Assembly (NCBI RefSeq): GCF_009914755.1
Contig: NC_060926.1
Length of the DNA: 64,000 nucleotides
From: the human T2T-CHM13v2.0 reference genome, Homo sapiens
Reading direction: 5' to 3' (one strand)
This document shows positions 51,591 to 64,000 of the stretch, piece after piece. How positions within the stretch are numbered: position 1 is the stretch's first letter; each line of letters begins with the position of its first letter. The position numbers and the translations under genes are program-made. Below the pieces are notes generated by a model that did not search any database, was not told the origin of the DNA, and saw only the letters and a list, made by a program, of their open reading frames with translations.

Positions 51591-52837
51591 GAGCCCTACC
51601 CTGTTTTTGCAGGGCCCTGCATATTGTAGTCTCTGTCTCCTAAACAGGGGAAACTTCTATCCTAACACCTTTGCTCAAACTGTGCTTGCCACCTAGAATA
51701 TCTTCCCACATGCACAGTTATGGGAAGCCTCCTTATACCTTAAGGGCCTTGCTCCAGTTGTAAATAAGCCCCGATTCCTATTATGTTGTGTTAGTTTTCT
51801 CTGGGCTAACATTCTGTCTTCAAGATCTTTGTGTTTAGATCCTTTGTATGTTTCAATGTGTCTTGGGCATAAGTACTGAGAGCACAGGTTAAATGCAAAG
51901 GTGAGAGAGGCTGTGGAGAAAAAATTAAAAAAAAAAAAACTTTTGGCATATTTAGAAGTCACTTTGCTTCTCTTACTGTCAATGCTCTTATTTCTGCCCT
52001 AGCCATAACTGTAAGAAAATACTTACCAGTTGTTCAAAGATAGGTTGTTCAAAGTAAAACATTAAAATGTTGCTCTTTAAAATTCTTTTTGTGGATATAC
52101 TGAGGGAGCTTTTATAATCCTATAAATATAGAGAATTGGGTGCACATTTCTTCTTTAAAGACAGGTTTTTACCCACTCTTCCTAGGTATCTAACAAGGAG
52201 ACATCAAGGCATTTTAAAACAAAAGACCCAGATTCTAAAATAATAATGTCTTTTTTTACACTCAAGATTCCAAACACAATTTGACTGACCTTCAACAGTC
52301 TTGTAAATAGGCATATCTAGTCTCACTCCCTATAGAGAGAAAATCAACAGCATAGTGTGTCCTACTGAATATTATATAAGTTGTTAGTATCAGCATTAAA
52401 ACAAGGGAGTCTTACTCCTTAGGTGCTGCTACACATCATCTGGATAGGCAATCTCTCAGCACACCACCTAGGCCTTATCTTCTGCACATTGCTCAGGCTA
52501 AGGCCATGCCTGGCAGGTAGTCAGTATGCAACAAATGAGCCATCAAATATAACAATATAATGAAAGGCCATTAGGTAGTCTCTAGAAATATCTGTCCTTA
52601 ATCTTACATTTGTTTTTTCTCACTGTATGTCTAAACATTGCTAGTTTATCCCAGAAACCTAGTTGCTTCTTTTCTGACAGTGGTTGTATTAGGTAAGATG
52701 GGATTGATAAAATAATCTTGGAATCTTAACATGTAATTAGGTGAACAATAAAACTATATAACCAAGGAAATGTGCTGGGTTCAAGCATAATCAAGATACA
52801 AAATTTGTCTTCATGGAGCTTGCAATGCTGTTAGTGA

Positions 52838-53206
52838 GTTTGATGGTCTGAATGTTTGTGTTTTCCCCAAATTCATATGTTGAAACCTAATCCTCAATCT
52901 GATGTTATTAGGAGGTGAAGTCTTTGAGCAGTGATTAGGTGTTGAGGATGGAGGCTTCATGAATGGAATTAGTGCCTTTATAAGAGGCTGAACAAACCAG
53001 AGTTCTTCCTTTTCACCATGTGAGAGACAACACAGCTAAAAGACAGCTATCTGTGAAGCAGGAAGCAGGCCCTCACCAGATACCGAATCAGCTGCCACCT
53101 TGATCATGGACTTCTAGCCTCCAGCATTGTGAGAAATAAATGTATGTTGTTTAGAAGTCACCCAGTTTATACCATTTTGTTATAGCAGCCCTATTGGACT
53201 AACACA
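52838..53206 (+). mobile_element. MLT1A0-like MaLR solo LTR
   Basis: ATGGTCTGAATGTTTGTG...CCAAATTCATATGTTGAAACCTAA...TTTGTTATAGCAGCC...GACTAACACA. Confidence 0.85.
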
Positions 53207-53216
53207 GTGAAGCAGT

Positions 53217-53607
53217 CACTACGGACTGAATTATGTCCCTGCCCAAATCCATATATATCAAAGCCCTAACTCCCAGTGAGTTTGTATTTGAAGATAGCAT
53301 CTTTAGGAGGTAGTTAAGATTAGATGAGGTCTTAAGCATGGGATCCTAATCCAACAGGACTGGTGGCCTTATAAGAAGAGGAAGAGGATGCACACACACA
53401 TGCTCTCCATCCTACACGCAGGAACTAAGGAAAGGCCATGTGGACACACAGCAAGATAGTGGTTTCCTGCAAGTCAAGCAAAGAGGTCTCGAAATGAAAC
53501 CTACTTTACTGGCATCTTGATCTTGGACTTCTTAGCCTCTGGAACCGTAAGAATAAATTTCTGTTCTTTAAATGCCCAGTCTGTGGTGGCCCAAGCAGAC
53601 TAAGTCA
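53217..53607 (+). mobile_element. MLT1A/B-like MaLR solo LTR
   Basis: LTR body; TSD GCAGT (53212-53216 and 53608-53612); about 10 bp from the previous LTR. Confidence 0.85.
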
Positions 53608-53780
53608 GCAGTAGGGCACATTGGGCTCTGAATTTAATATGAATAGGTTTCACCACTTGTCAACTATTTGACTAGAGGGACTTTCTTAGCCTTATCCTTA
53701 ATAAGCCCAAAGGTCTTTTGAATGAACCTTATAAGAATATCTATCTACCTCAAAATATTATTGTGACATTTAAAGGAGAA

Positions 53781-53850
53781 AAATAAAATATAAAATGCCA
53801 GCTCCATGCCAAAATATAAAATAAAATAAAATACCCAGCTCCATGCCAAA
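53781..53850 (+). repeat. Short imperfect tandem duplication
   Basis: CCAGCTCCATGCCAAAA twice, each preceded by an ATAAA-rich stretch. Confidence 0.85.
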
Positions 53851-53989
53851 AATGCTCAAAGATGCAAATGCAAGCAGGCATTTAAAATGTCTGGGTAACT
53901 ACGTGTCAAGTGGGTAGCAGAGACAAAAGGACTGTAGAATTTTGGAGGAGAAAGAGGGTCTCTTTGGTTGGAAGAATCAAAGAACATTC

Positions 53990-54529
53990 AAGATAGACTT
54001 AATATTTATCTCAGCTTGACTAAAGGTTAGACAGGTTGCTTCCTGACTATAGGCCCATGACCTTCTTTTCCTTAGAGCCTTTACTTTAGAAAACTTGCAA
54101 TTATAAATTCTTTCTCTGCCCCTTTTGAAATGTATCTAAACCTCCTTAAAAGCCTCTGGCCAGTTCTATGATCTAGGGAGTATCTCTCTCAAGGACCTGC
54201 GTGCCATACTTTTCAGATCTAATTATCAAGAAAGATAGTGCCCCCGTCTCCCAGTCTCTGTGGACACATAGGAGTCTATCATAAGTGAACAATTAGAAAC
54301 TATAAAACACTTTATGTCATGCATATGTGAGAAAGTTTACTTTCTCCTCCTGTAAGGATAACAGGCAAACACAGGTGGCCTATGATTCTCCTACATCTGC
54401 TCTTAAAAACTGTCCAACACTTTGTTTCTTCAGAGTTGAGTTCAGTTTCTCTCCCCTATTGCAATAGCCTTGATTAAAGTCTTCCTTGCCTGTGAAACTT
54501 TGTCTAGCACATTTTTCTTTACTTTGACA
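53990..54529 (+). mobile_element. MER67/MER31-like ERV1 solo LTR
   Basis: TTTACTTTAGAAAACTTGCAATT...CTCTCCCCTATTGCAATAG...TTTGACA end. Confidence 0.75.
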
Positions 54530-56431
54530 GGAAACATTCATAGAGAATATACAACTTGAAATATGTTGTAAGGTATGGCTTAGATATTGGTTTGGCAATG
54601 TATAACTTAAAATGAAAAGCTGCATGCATTTTCATGTTAGCAGTAACTAGTTATGGCATGTCTCAATGCTTTACTCAAGAGTTTTCTTGAGATCTTTTTA
54701 ATATATATTATTTCAACAGTTACTCAGCACAAAGTAAGTATTTTTTCAGGCTCAAAATCCTGCACTAACATTGTAAGCTCCCTATGGCACTAGAGTTTGT
54801 ATATATACTTTCAGGCAGCTGAAGACATAGGTAAATCTTTGCAAATGGGGAGAGAGGGGGACAAAAAAGGGTTCCTGGCTCATAATTTTAAAGCACTACC
54901 CACAGTGGGACTGTTTTCTAAAGAACTCTTTAGTATGCAGCATATATACTAACATGTAAAGCACACCTTTTGCACTAATCAAATGTGAAGTTATATAAAT
55001 TTAATATCCAATGACTTAAGAAAGTGGGATGCCAACACTCATCTTTATGACTAAAGTATACAATTTTATGAATCAATGTAAAGAAGCCAGCATGCTTGGA
55101 AGGAATCTTTTGCTCAAACTCAGATTATGTTATTACACTGCTAATCTTGGTGTGTTTTTTTAAAAACGTAACATCCTTCTAATCAAGCATGATTAGTTAC
55201 AAATAGAATCCAAAGAAATATCTCAAATGACTATATATCTAAATTATCTTGCTTATTACTTATGGGATATTTTTCTTATCCATATCCAGGTTAATTACAA
55301 TTTCAGAAATTATCTGTACAAATGAATAAAATTCAATTCTCTTAGCCAATGAGTTACTTTTTCCAGTGTAAAGTACAGTCATTTAGGCATTCACAAAATA
55401 TGGAATTTAGAAATCTTTTAACATGATGAAGTTGAAAAAAGTAAACAAATATTACTTTGCCAATTCTCCACCAGTCAGAAGCTTGTCTATATACTAACTG
55501 TGTATTTAGAAAATATCAATGCACAAGGAAGAGAAATGCAATTTGTCTCATCCAAACGCATCATATAAAATGACCAAGTGCTGTTAAGTGCTAGAGATGT
55601 GTCTCAAAAGACTCTCAATGTCTGTATCATTTTGGGGTTGTTTGGAAGTTAAACCCTTTTAGTAAGAAGTATTGGAAGATAAATCTAGTTCTCAGCCCTT
55701 AATTCGCCATTCACTGGTGAGGTGTTCTTATTAGAGAGCATGTCTCCTGGTCTCACTAGTTCCTAATGAATGTGTCTGGCCTTTCCTAGCAATATATAAA
55801 TTCTGAGAAATTGGAAGACATGATTGCTCCCTACCCAATTCTGAAAAGAGTGAATATATCATTCTTTGTAACAGATGGAATGTATTAAAAATATATCAAT
55901 ATGTGTTTTCATAAAAAAGAAAATATCTACCATTCAATTAGAAAAGTATTTTGGAGAATAATAAAAATGATAGATATGCTATTTTACTGTTACTAGCCAG
56001 CCATTATTGTTAGAAAGAATATGATTCTAAATATACTGAAAGTCTGGTGACATGTACAAGACAGGAAAAGCACCTTTATTCACTCGTAATAAATATTTTC
56101 CTGTTCATTCCCTACATAAACTAGAACAATTAATATTTTCCTCAGCTTTCCTGGAGAATGAGATATTTGACCTGAAACTTTCTCTATTGTGATACTGCTA
56201 GCATTAATTAAGTGGCAGTATTCAAGATTAATTGGAGACAAGAAGACTAGTTGGGAAATTGTTTTGTCATAAAGTAGAAAATAGTGCCATGATGGAAGGA
56301 ATGGAAAGGAAATTCAATTTCAGAAATTTCACAAAGGAAATATGGTTAGATCATTGAGGTTGAATTTGCAGAATTTAGTAATATACACCAAGATTGCAAT
56401 TTGAGAGCTAAAAGCTGTTTCAAGTTCAGTG

Positions 56432-56787
56432 TTCTATGGACTAAACTGTGTTCCCAGAAAATTCATAGGTTGAAACCCTAACCCCCAATGTGACTTATTT
56501 GAAGAGAGGAACTTTAGGAGGTAAAGTTCAATGGAATTATAAAGGTGGGGCCCTAATCCAATAACAGTGGTGTCCTTATGAGAATAAAAAGAGACACCAG
56601 AGCTCTTTTTCCCTGTACACAGAGGAAAGGCCACTCAGAGAGGGTGGCTGTCTGCAAGCCAGTAAGAGAGCTGTCATCCAAAATTGAATGGATGGACACT
56701 TTAATATTGGACTTTCCAGGCTCCCAAACTGTAGCATAATAAATTTCTGTTGTTTAAGCTACTCAGTCTGCAGTATTTTCTTTTATA
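56432..56787 (+). mobile_element. MLT1A-like MaLR LTR
   Basis: CTATGGACTAAACTGTG...GGGGCCCTAATCCAAT...AATAAATTTCTGTTGTTTAAGC. Confidence 0.85.
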
Positions 56788-56905
56788 CACACACATAATA
56801 CACACATACACACACACACACGCCCCCATATTTATATACTGTGTATACACATTATATATATATTTTGTTATATATACATGTATGTATACACACATATATA
56901 TATAA
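56786..56905. repeat. (CA)/(TA)n compound microsatellite
   Basis: directly visible. Confidence 0.85.
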
Positions 56906-57029
56906 TCTTATTAAAATCTTATATATGTTATATTTGTCTCTATTAACTAAAATTTAAGTACCATGAGGGCAGGAATTTTAATCTATTGTGTTCACCACTG
57001 TTTCTACACTGTCTAAAACAGTGCCTTTC

Positions 57030-58515
57030 CCAGTCCTAAGCAAAAAGAACAAAGCTGGAGGCATCATGCTACCTGATTTCAAAGAATACTACAGGGCTAC
57101 AATAACCAAAGCACCATGGTACTGGTACGAAAACAGACACATGGACCAACAGAACAGAACAGAGAGCCCAGAAATAAGGCTGCACACCTACAACCATCTG
57201 ATCTTTAACAAAGCTAACAAAAATAAGCAAAGAGGAAAGGACTCCCTATTCAATAAATGGTGCTGAGATAACTGACTAGCCATATGAAGAAGATTGGAAC
57301 TGGACCCCTTCCTCACACCATATACAAAAATTAACTCAGGACAGATTAACAACTTAAATGTAAAACCCCAAACTACAAAAACCCTGGAAGACAACCTATG
57401 CAATACCATTCTCGACATAGGAACAGGCAAAGATTTCATGATAAAGACACCAAAAGCAATTGCAACAAATGCCAAATTTGACAAACAGGATCTAGTTAAA
57501 CCAAAGAGCTTCTGCACAGCAAAAGAAATTATCAACAGAGTATACAGACAACCTACAGAATGAGAGAAAATTTTTGCAAACTATGCAGCTGACGAAGGTC
57601 TAATGTCCACCATCTATAAGGAATTTAAACACATTTACACACACACACACAAACCCAATTAAAAAGTGGGCAAAAGGACATGAACAGACAATTTTCAAAA
57701 GCAGACATACATGCAGCCAACAAGCATATTTTAAAACGCTCAGCATCATTGATCGTTAAAGAAATGTAAATCAAAACCACAATGAGATACCATCTCACAC
57801 CAGCCAGAATGGCTATTATTAAAAAGTGGAAAAAAAAAAAAAAAACAAACAGCAGGTGCTGGTGAGGTTGCAAACAGAAGAGAATGCTTATACACTGTTG
57901 GGGGGAGTGTAAATTAGTTCAACCATTGTGGAAAAAAGTGTGGCAATTCCTCAAAGACCTAAAAACATAACTACCATTTTACCCAGCAATCCCATTACTG
58001 AGTATATACCCAAAGGAATATAAATCATTCTATTACAAAGACACATGCACACATATGTTCATTGCAGCACCATCCTCAATAGCAAAGACATGGAATCAAC
58101 CTAAGTGCCCATTATTGGTAGACTGGATAAAGAAATTGTGGTATATGTACACCATGGAATACTATGCAGCCATAAAAAAGAATGAGATCATGTCCTCTGC
58201 AGGAACATGGATGGAGCTGGAGGCCATTATCCTTAGCAAACCAACACAGGAACAGAAAAACAAATATCACATGTTCTCACTTATAAGTGGGGGCTAAATA
58301 ATGAGAACAAATGGACACATAGAGGGAAACAGCTGACACCGGGACCTAGTGGAGGGTGGAGGTTGGGAAGAGGTAGAGTATCAGGAAAAATAACTAATGG
58401 GTATTAGGCTTAATACCTGGGTGACAAAATAGTCTGTATAACCAACCCCCATGACACAAGTTTACCTATATAACAAACCTGCACATGTACCCCTGAACTT
58501 AAAATAAAAGTTAAG
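57030..58515 (+). mobile_element. L1PA13-15-like, 5'-truncated, inserted in an L2 tail
   Basis: ORF2 peptides [16 protein letters not shown] and [13 protein letters not shown]; 3' end AAACCTGCACATGTACCCCTGAACTTAAAATAAAAG; TSD core AGTGCCTTT. Confidence 0.92.
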
Positions 58516-59932
58516 GGAAAGAATAGTGCCTTTTTCATAGTAGGTGTTTTACAAATATATACTTAGTAAAGGAATGAAATAATGCCAATATTTGAATGTG
58601 GTTTTGTATATGACTCAAACCCATATAGATCTGTACCCTATTTCTATCATATTTCCATTCCTTTCTAAAAATGTATTTTCTATGTTGACTTACCTGAATA
58701 CTGTTATTCTAAGGTCCACTTGGATAATTTATATATAGTTTCATAAATGAGTAGATTTTAGCAGAGGTGATTGGCCCATATTAGAATGTAATTCAAAACT
58801 TGAATTTATTATTTTAAATTGAATATAACAGCTTGGTTCTATGTGTCATAAGTAGAGTTAAAGTCATATACCTTTCTTATATTTCATTCTTCCGTGTCAT
58901 CACACAACAATGAAGGGTACATAATGCTAAAATGAGCACATTCATTGACTGTACATCTCAGGAAGAAATAAAAGAATATAACCTGATTATTTGAAGTTAC
59001 AGAGGCTAGATATGGGGACGTCTAATAAAAAGTTTGAATAATTTCAAAACATATCTTTTTATCTTTGTGAGATTTTCTCTGGTATTTACATTTTCGTATC
59101 AGCATTTATCATGATCTAGGAGTCCCTACTACTTGAATTAAACTATCATGTTTTCTAATTCTTACAAGCTAGATTTTTCCTTCCCTTACAGAGTCTCATT
59201 TCTCTACCCACTTACTGAAAAGGTAGTATTTTCTGTGTGTGTCTTAAAATGTTTTTAGATTGCAAAACAAACAAAAAAACTCTCAAAAACATGCTGTTAA
59301 CTTCTGCCAGCTGTTTAATTAAGCAGATTTTATAGGAATGTGAACAATAAAAAGCAAAATTCTGGAGCTATATTGCAATCCAGATAATATTCTTATCCTC
59401 AGAGGAAAAAACAATGACCTTCACTTAAGTTCTGCTATATTATTGGCTATGATTTGAATAAGAAAGCTTAGTATGACAACTGCAAAACATATACTTGGAG
59501 AAAAATAGCCTAAAATATAAAACTAAGGACAATGTAGGAGCATGTGTGTTAATGCATAACAGACCCACAGACACAGTGGGTATCACAAGCCCTTTTAATC
59601 AAGACAGAAATATGCACATATATATCATGAACATTAATGAAACTTGTGGAACTCCTCCATGGTTCCAAATTATGTCCTGTCTCAAAATACATTCATGTAC
59701 CTTATGGTAAAGTGATCTTTGAATAATGGGATCACTGACCATTACAGTTCACCGATGAATACTTCTAAGGAGGAAAGGAGAGAAAGCTAACTATAAGACT
59801 TAAACAGCACCTGCTGTCAGCTAAACAAATTAGCTGCCCTGAAATCACATGTACCCACAAGGAATGAATAGCACAACCTTTACCTAGGAGACTGCCTTCG
59901 GAGGAAAATGCGCAGAATAGAAATAGCCAGTA

Positions 59933-60317
59933 TGATATGGCTTGGTTGTGTCCCTACCCAAAATCTCATCTTAAATTATAATCCCGGTAATCCTCATAAT
60001 CCCCATGTGTCAAGGAAGAGACCAGGTGGAGGTAACTGAATCATGGGGGAGGTCTCCCCCATCTTGTTCTCATGATATTGCGTGAGTTCTCACAAGATAT
60101 GATGGTTTTATGTGTGTGGTAGTTTCTCCTGCATTCATTCTCCTTCCTGCTGCCTTGTGAAGAAGGTGCCTTGCTTCCCCTTTGCCTTTCACCATGATTG
60201 TAAGTTTCCTGAGGCCTCTCCAGCTATGTTGAGTTGTGGGTCAATTAAACCTATTTCCTTTATAAATTACCCTGTCTCAAGCAGTGCTTTATAGCACTAT
60301 GAAAATGGACTACTACA
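59933..60317 (+). mobile_element. THE1D-like solo LTR
   Basis: TGATATGG...CCATGATTGTAAGTTTCCTGAGGCCTC...GGACTACTACA. Confidence 0.92.
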
Positions 60318-60487
60318 AGGCTTCTAATTGTTATCCCAAATTTGTTCAGCTTTTGACAAATCTGTATACACATTTGTCTTTGATTTTTAGCTGTTTGTTT
60401 GACTTTTTAACTTTTTAGCTATTAAATTTTATCATTTACTAGGCTAGAGCAGAAATGATAATACAGGTTTTTCCTCATTTCTTAAGG

Positions 60488-60921
60488 TGTGATTAATTAC
60501 AAACATGGCCAAAATTCTTGCAATTCCTCTCCTTGAATTTGGGCTGACCATGTGACTTGCTTAATCAGTGTGGCAAAAGCAATGTAACGTGAGTTCTGTA
60601 CCTGAGCCTCAAGAGGCTTTGCAAAATTCCATTTTCACTCATGGGATTCTGTGATTAAACCGGCCTTTTGGAGGATGGGGCATAAGCTGTTCTAACTAAT
60701 TCATCTTAGATAGCCAGTCTCTAGCTAGCATGGCAAGCTGATCACCAACATATGAACTAGTCCAGTTGAGATCAGCTAAACCTAGCCCAGATCAGAAAAA
60801 CCACCTACTGAAGCCCAGTCCAAATGGCAGAACCACAGAATTATGAGCTAAATAAAAGGCTGCCATTTTAAGCAACTAAGTTTTAGAGGAGCTTGGAACA
60901 CATCAAAAACTAAATGACACA
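60488..60921 (+). mobile_element. MLT1H-like MaLR LTR
   Basis: CCTCAAGAGGC...CCCAGATCAG...CCACAGAATTATGAGCTAAATAAA...TTTTAAGCAACTAAGTTTT. Confidence 0.75.
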
Positions 60922-62064
60922 AAAGGTTAGCTGAGAAACATTTTTTAAAGACAAAATGTATTTTAATCCAGCTTAAACAGAATATCTTTATTTTGGTTAA
61001 CTTTAAATTAATAGATGAAATAGGTAATGATAACTATACAGGGCTAAAACATTTTATATATGGTTAGGTTTGAGTGTAAAATTTTTATCTCCTTTGTTCT
61101 TTTTTTTAAGTCAGTTTCTGGGCTTCTTTTTAGCAAAGCAAACAGTTATTTGGCTCTAATTACAATCAAAATTTATAAAAAAATATTTTTGAAGTCAAAG
61201 TAAAAAATCCAGAATATTGGAATATGGCTAATAACCAAAATCTTCCTCTCCTTCTAACACTACTTTAATATCTCACTAATATTTCTATTCCTTACTCCCT
61301 GGAATAAATTGAAATAGGATAACAAGATAAAATTATACCTGGTTTTTCATTCTGGGTTTTCTTCATTGATAAATAGAGGGTTATGAAGTCAGAAATATAA
61401 GACTATTTTCTCCTGAGATTTCATTAAAGATAAGATATTAGGAAGACTGAAGGCTATTGTGCTGGCTTACCACATCATATACTTCCAACCATCAGAAGTG
61501 AATGACAATGCAATAATGCAAAAGAACTCAGCTCTTATCAACCACAGAAGCATTTAGAATTTCTGTGACTGCTCTTTGAGTACAAACGATTATTACTAAA
61601 CTTTGTCAAACTGGGAAGATTAAAAGATTTTTCAGGGTTGTGTAAGTGCAATACCATAAATACTCAACCAAGTAGAAACTGCTTCAGCAGGTTAAACTAA
61701 TGTGGGGAAGACACTAGAAATATCAGAATTCAGAAACACTGACTCCAATGCATTGTTTTTTTCATATTTCAGAATCTGCTAAAAGTTGAAAACCAGATTA
61801 ATTGCGGCCATAGAAAAGCCTTCTCATCTGTCATTTGAATGTGAAAAGAAATTACTTGAAATGTAGTGGGCATTCTACATTTCAAGAAAGAAAGAGGGTC
61901 GATGAATGAAATAAGCAGAAAAAGGAACAGCTTAGAATATGATATGTAGAGATACCTGAGGATAAAGAAACAGTGAGAGCGAATCTGTAGATAGTCTGGA
62001 AGGAGATTAGCAGAAAATATACATAAAAAATCACATCAGTTGACATCCCTCTACTCTGTGACAT

Positions 62065-62558
62065 TGTGGTGGCGTCTAAGAAGGTCATCAGTGTTTCTCA
62101 GTATCTGGCATTCCTGCCCCTATGTAATGTCCTTCGCTTGCATGTGGGCTAGACTTACAGCAGCCAGGAGGAAGTGTCACTTCCAAGATTAGGTTATAAA
62201 AAGCCTGTGGCTCCTATCCTGGGCTTTCTCTCTCTCTCTCTCATCTGTCCTGGAAGAAAAGTAAATTGCCAGCTGTTGTGAGGATCCCTGCACCCACATG
62301 TAAGATAATAAGGCATGCTAACAACCATGTAAGTGAGCTTGAAAGTGAATGGCATCCTACACACACAGCTGAACCTTCCAGTGAGACTGCAGGAATGATC
62401 ACCAGTTTAACTCCAGCCTCACAAGAGATACTGAGCCACAGGCACCCAGCTAAGTTTTTCTGGGATTCCTGACCCATAAAAACTGAAATAACATGTTTCT
62501 TATTCATAGCTGCCTAATTTGGGGATAATTTGTTATACAGGAACAGATAGCTAAATAA
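62065..62558 (+). mobile_element. MLT1F-like MaLR LTR
   Basis: TGTCACTTCCAAGATTAGGTTATAAAA...CAGCCTCACAAGAGATACTGAGCCA...GATAATTTGTTATACAG. Confidence 0.8.
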
Positions 62559-62584
62559 CCACCTAAAATATAGAAAAGAATAGC

Positions 62585-62692
62585 TTTCTCCGTCCTTCCC
62601 TCCCTCTCTTCCTCCCTCCCTCCCTCCCTCCTTTCCTTCCTTCCTTCCTTCCCACCCTCCCTCCCTCCCTCCCTCCTCCCTTTCTTTCTTTT
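62585..62692. repeat. (TCCC)/(TTCC)n tract
   Basis: directly visible polypyrimidine run. Confidence 0.9.
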
Positions 62693-62758
62693 TGCCAAAA
62701 AAGCAAAACCAACCAACAAACTAAAATCTAGACAGTCTTTCTTCTAAAAGCAAAGAAA

Positions 62759-63062
62759 GGCTGGGAGCGGTGGATCATGCCTGTAATCCCAGCACTTTTG
62801 GAGGCAGAGGTGGGTGAATCACAAGGTCAGGAATTGGAGACCAGCCTGGCCAGTGTGGTGAAACCTCGTCTCTACTAAAAATACAACAATTAGCCAGTGT
62901 GGTGGCGGGTGCCTGTAGTCCCAGCCACTCAGGAGCCTGAGGCAGGAGAATTGCTTGAACCCAGGAGGCAGAGGTGGCGGTGAGCTGAGATTGCCCCACT
63001 GTACTCCAGCCTGAGCAACAAAGCAAGACTCCATCTCAAACAAACAAACAGACAAACAAAAA
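62759..63062 (+). mobile_element. Alu (AluSg-like), (AAAC)n tail
   Basis: full dimer. Confidence 0.95.
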
Positions 63063-63072
63063 CAAAGAAACT

Positions 63073-63428
<356 letters not shown>

Positions 63429-64000
63429 CTACTTCCAAAGAAAAGCCTGTAGCTCTCCATACTCTGTTTATTCTCAACCTGACAAGCAGTCCAGACTGGT
63501 GCTAAAGAACAGAAGATACACATCGAGATCCCTTTGGAGGTAGGTTGTTGAGGGAAAGAGATAAGGTCTGATAGAATTAAAACTGTGACTGGGAATTTAA
63601 AATGATGATATAATAAAGGCAAGAGATTCAATACAAGAAAAAATAAGTATGTTGAGTAGCTCATGGAAAAACAAAACTATAGAAAACAAATATGATTCAA
63701 ATATAACGCAAAATAAAATGTCCTGATTTCTGAGCAACTGATAAGTGCAAGGGAATCCACTTGACCTTGATCCTAGAGGTGGAAAAATTCTCCTTTGAGT
63801 AGTCCAGGTAATATGATATTTAACTCATAAAAAAAGAAAGGTAATCTTAACATATAACTGAGATCAGTATTGGATAATATTTACACAGTAATGGTAATCT
63901 AAATGGTCTTCATTGTTTTCCACTTTAGAATCCTCATAATCCAAATAAAATATGGGAGATTTAGTTGTGGTTGGTTGTCAGACAGAATGTTAAAGTTAAC

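Noticed and set aside
58688-58700. Perfect minus-strand donor CAG|GTAAGT
   Set aside because: No convincing partner acceptor at exon distance; isolated consensus sites are common.

Overview
AT-rich primate (most likely human) non-coding genomic DNA, intronic or intergenic. I find no recognisable protein-coding gene, RNA gene, CpG island or CRISPR array. The longer ORFs in the track are translations of Alu, decayed L1, LTR or low-complexity sequence, or chance ORFs. A large part of the window is interspersed repeats: about 17 Alus (J, S and Y types), four L1 fragments, about 11 solo LTRs, L2 and MIR relics, and hAT DNA transposons. Repeat subfamily names are from remembered consensus motifs and need RepeatMasker/Dfam confirmation. 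Signals not explained by standard repeats: (1) two non-tandem local duplications of unique DNA, one (~390 bp) with a perfectly homogenised 87-bp tract and one (~180 bp) pasted into a MIR with 5-bp microhomology; (2) a fold-back filler scar at an Alu/L1 junction; (3) a candidate minus-strand two-exon transcript with a 31-codon ORF; (4) a plus-strand exon pair whose donor lies in an ancient SINE-like tail; (5) CTCF-like and enhancer-like motifs. LTR orientation bias hints at a minus-strand host transcript. I cannot identify the locus or demonstrate a novel system; functional claims are hypotheses.
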